DNA from: Bacteroidales bacterium
Lineage (GTDB): Bacteria > Bacteroidota > Bacteroidia > Bacteroidales > UBA932
Length of the DNA: 64,000 nt
Assembly: GCA_017554305.1 (NCBI GenBank)
Contig: JAFZIN010000017.1
Coordinates: forward strand, 1,919 to 65,918
Direction of reading: 5' to 3'
A program made the position numbers and the translations under genes. A model generated the notes under the pieces. It was given only the letters and a program-made list of their open reading frames with translations. It had not been told where the DNA came from and made no database searches. Numbering within the stretch: the first letter of the stretch is position 1; the number at the start of each line of letters is the position of its first letter. Positions 63,174-64,000 of the stretch are shown in pieces.

Positions 63174-64000
63174 TATATCTGTAAGATAGGCAGGCCGTTA
63201 CAAAGTAAACAATTACCTGTATCCAGAGCGCTATAAACTCCTTGCTTATGAGTGCAAAGTCTGCACCGCAGCAGTTCAGTTTTACAAATCCCTGAACACC
63301 GAATGTTGCCGGGAATATGTATGAGAAGTACTTCCAGAAGGCAGGGAAACTGCTTACAGGCCAGGTAAGTCCGCTTAGGAAGAGCAGTATGATACTGAAG
63401 AAGAGGAACATAACCATACCGGTCTCACGGTTGCGGATAAAGATGGCCCAGGTTTGTGAGAAGAAGATTACCGCAAGAAGGAACGGCAGCAAAAATCTGT
63501 AAACATCCCAGGCTGAGGCATAATGCGGCAGACCGAATATTCTTGGCACAAACATAAGTATGTATGTTCCTATGATTGCATAGATAAAGAAATATGCGGC
63601 TCCCTGTCCTATTATGTATCTGTAAACCTTCTTTTTAGATGGATCCTCCTCTGTACTGAGTTTCCTGTTTTCATTCTCCTCTCTTCTGGTTCCGGTCATC
63701 ATTCCTATTGCCAGGAAGATGAGCTGGTGGATTATAAGGACTATCACTCCCGGAACAAAGAAACTTGCAAAACCGTTTCCCGGATTGAAGAGTATGGTCA
63801 TCCTGTTAGGTACCGGTTCTACCGCAACAAGAGATTCATGCTCCGTAAGTCCCTGAGCAGAACAGCGTTGTATGGCTATATTCTTACCTTCATCCAGCAT
63901 TACATAGTTGCAGGCCAGAGCTATGTTCTTGTAGATGAAGAAGGTGGCCATGTTAATGTAAAGGGATACGGTTGTCTGCCTTCCGCTTCCTATCCTTTGA
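63163..64000 (-). CDS. ABC-2-type transporter permease, C-terminal part (gene runs off the right edge)
   Basis: Several TM helices of YbhS/YhhJ-like appearance. The reading frame stays open upstream of the tracked ATG 63951 to the window end (…QRIGSGRQTTVSLYINM…), so the true start is probably outside the window. Confidence 0.65.
   Translation of the reverse strand, partial: QRIGSGRQTTVSLYINMATFFIYKNIALACNYVMLDEGKNIAIQRCSAQGLTEHESLVAVEPVPNRMTILFNPGNGFASFFVPGVIVLIIHQLIFLAIGMMTGTRREENENRKLSTEEDPSKKKVYRYIIGQGAAYFFIYAIIGTYILMFVPRIFGLPHYASAWDVYRFLLPFLLAVIFFSQTWAIFIRNRETGMVMFLFFSIILLFLSGLTWPVSSFPAFWKYFSYIFPATFGVQGFVKLNCCGADFALISKEFIALWIQVIVYFVTACLSYRYINK

Overview
This window looks like a chromosomal segment of a Bacteroidales-type bacterium. 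The evidence is TAnnTTTG -7 promoter boxes in front of many genes, lipoprotein and OmpA/TonB-type envelope genes, and ECF sigma modules. About two thirds is ordinary housekeeping DNA: partial phoH, capA-like, gcvT, leuS, two yitT paralogs, trkA, a preA-like gene, folE, tdk, rsmI, ABC transporters, a two-component system and a split 5'-nucleotidase. I found no rRNA, tRNA or CRISPR array.

Five accessory or unusual patches stand out:
1. 12.0-15.3 kb: a RiPP-like cluster (HprK-related kinase, soluble SipW-type peptidase, PqqD, ABC exporter) with no recognisable precursor or cyclase.
2. 20.6-25.7 kb: an overlap-coupled five-gene operon that links a RelA/SpoT-type synthetase and an HD hydrolase to an APH-like kinase and a partner-switching module that has no sigma factor.
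3. 25.7-32.3 kb: a lower-GC cassette with a chimeric surface protein (DUF285 LRR plus M64 protease) and a Big_2 lipoprotein. It is bracketed by two AAA+ ATPase genes, each preceded by a duplicated palindromic motif, and carries a G9 tract with an orphan terminator.
4. 36.9-42.7 kb: a Phd-type antitoxin module with a perfect palindromic operator, next to a three-gene envelope operon with atypical composition (anchored repeat protein, 998-aa metalloprotease/propeller/barrel protein, PrsW-like protease).
5. 42855-50435: a roughly 7.6-kb integrative element with clear boundaries. It is inserted in the 3' end of a DUF2795 gene and carries 19-bp att repeats, arm-type sites, an integrase, an Xis-like gene, a type II m5C restriction-modification pair, a second short recombinase, a Rep_trans-like initiator and a NUMOD3 protein.

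All calls come from reading the sequence and the ORF track. No database search was run. GC statements are hand counts on a few 60-nt lines only.
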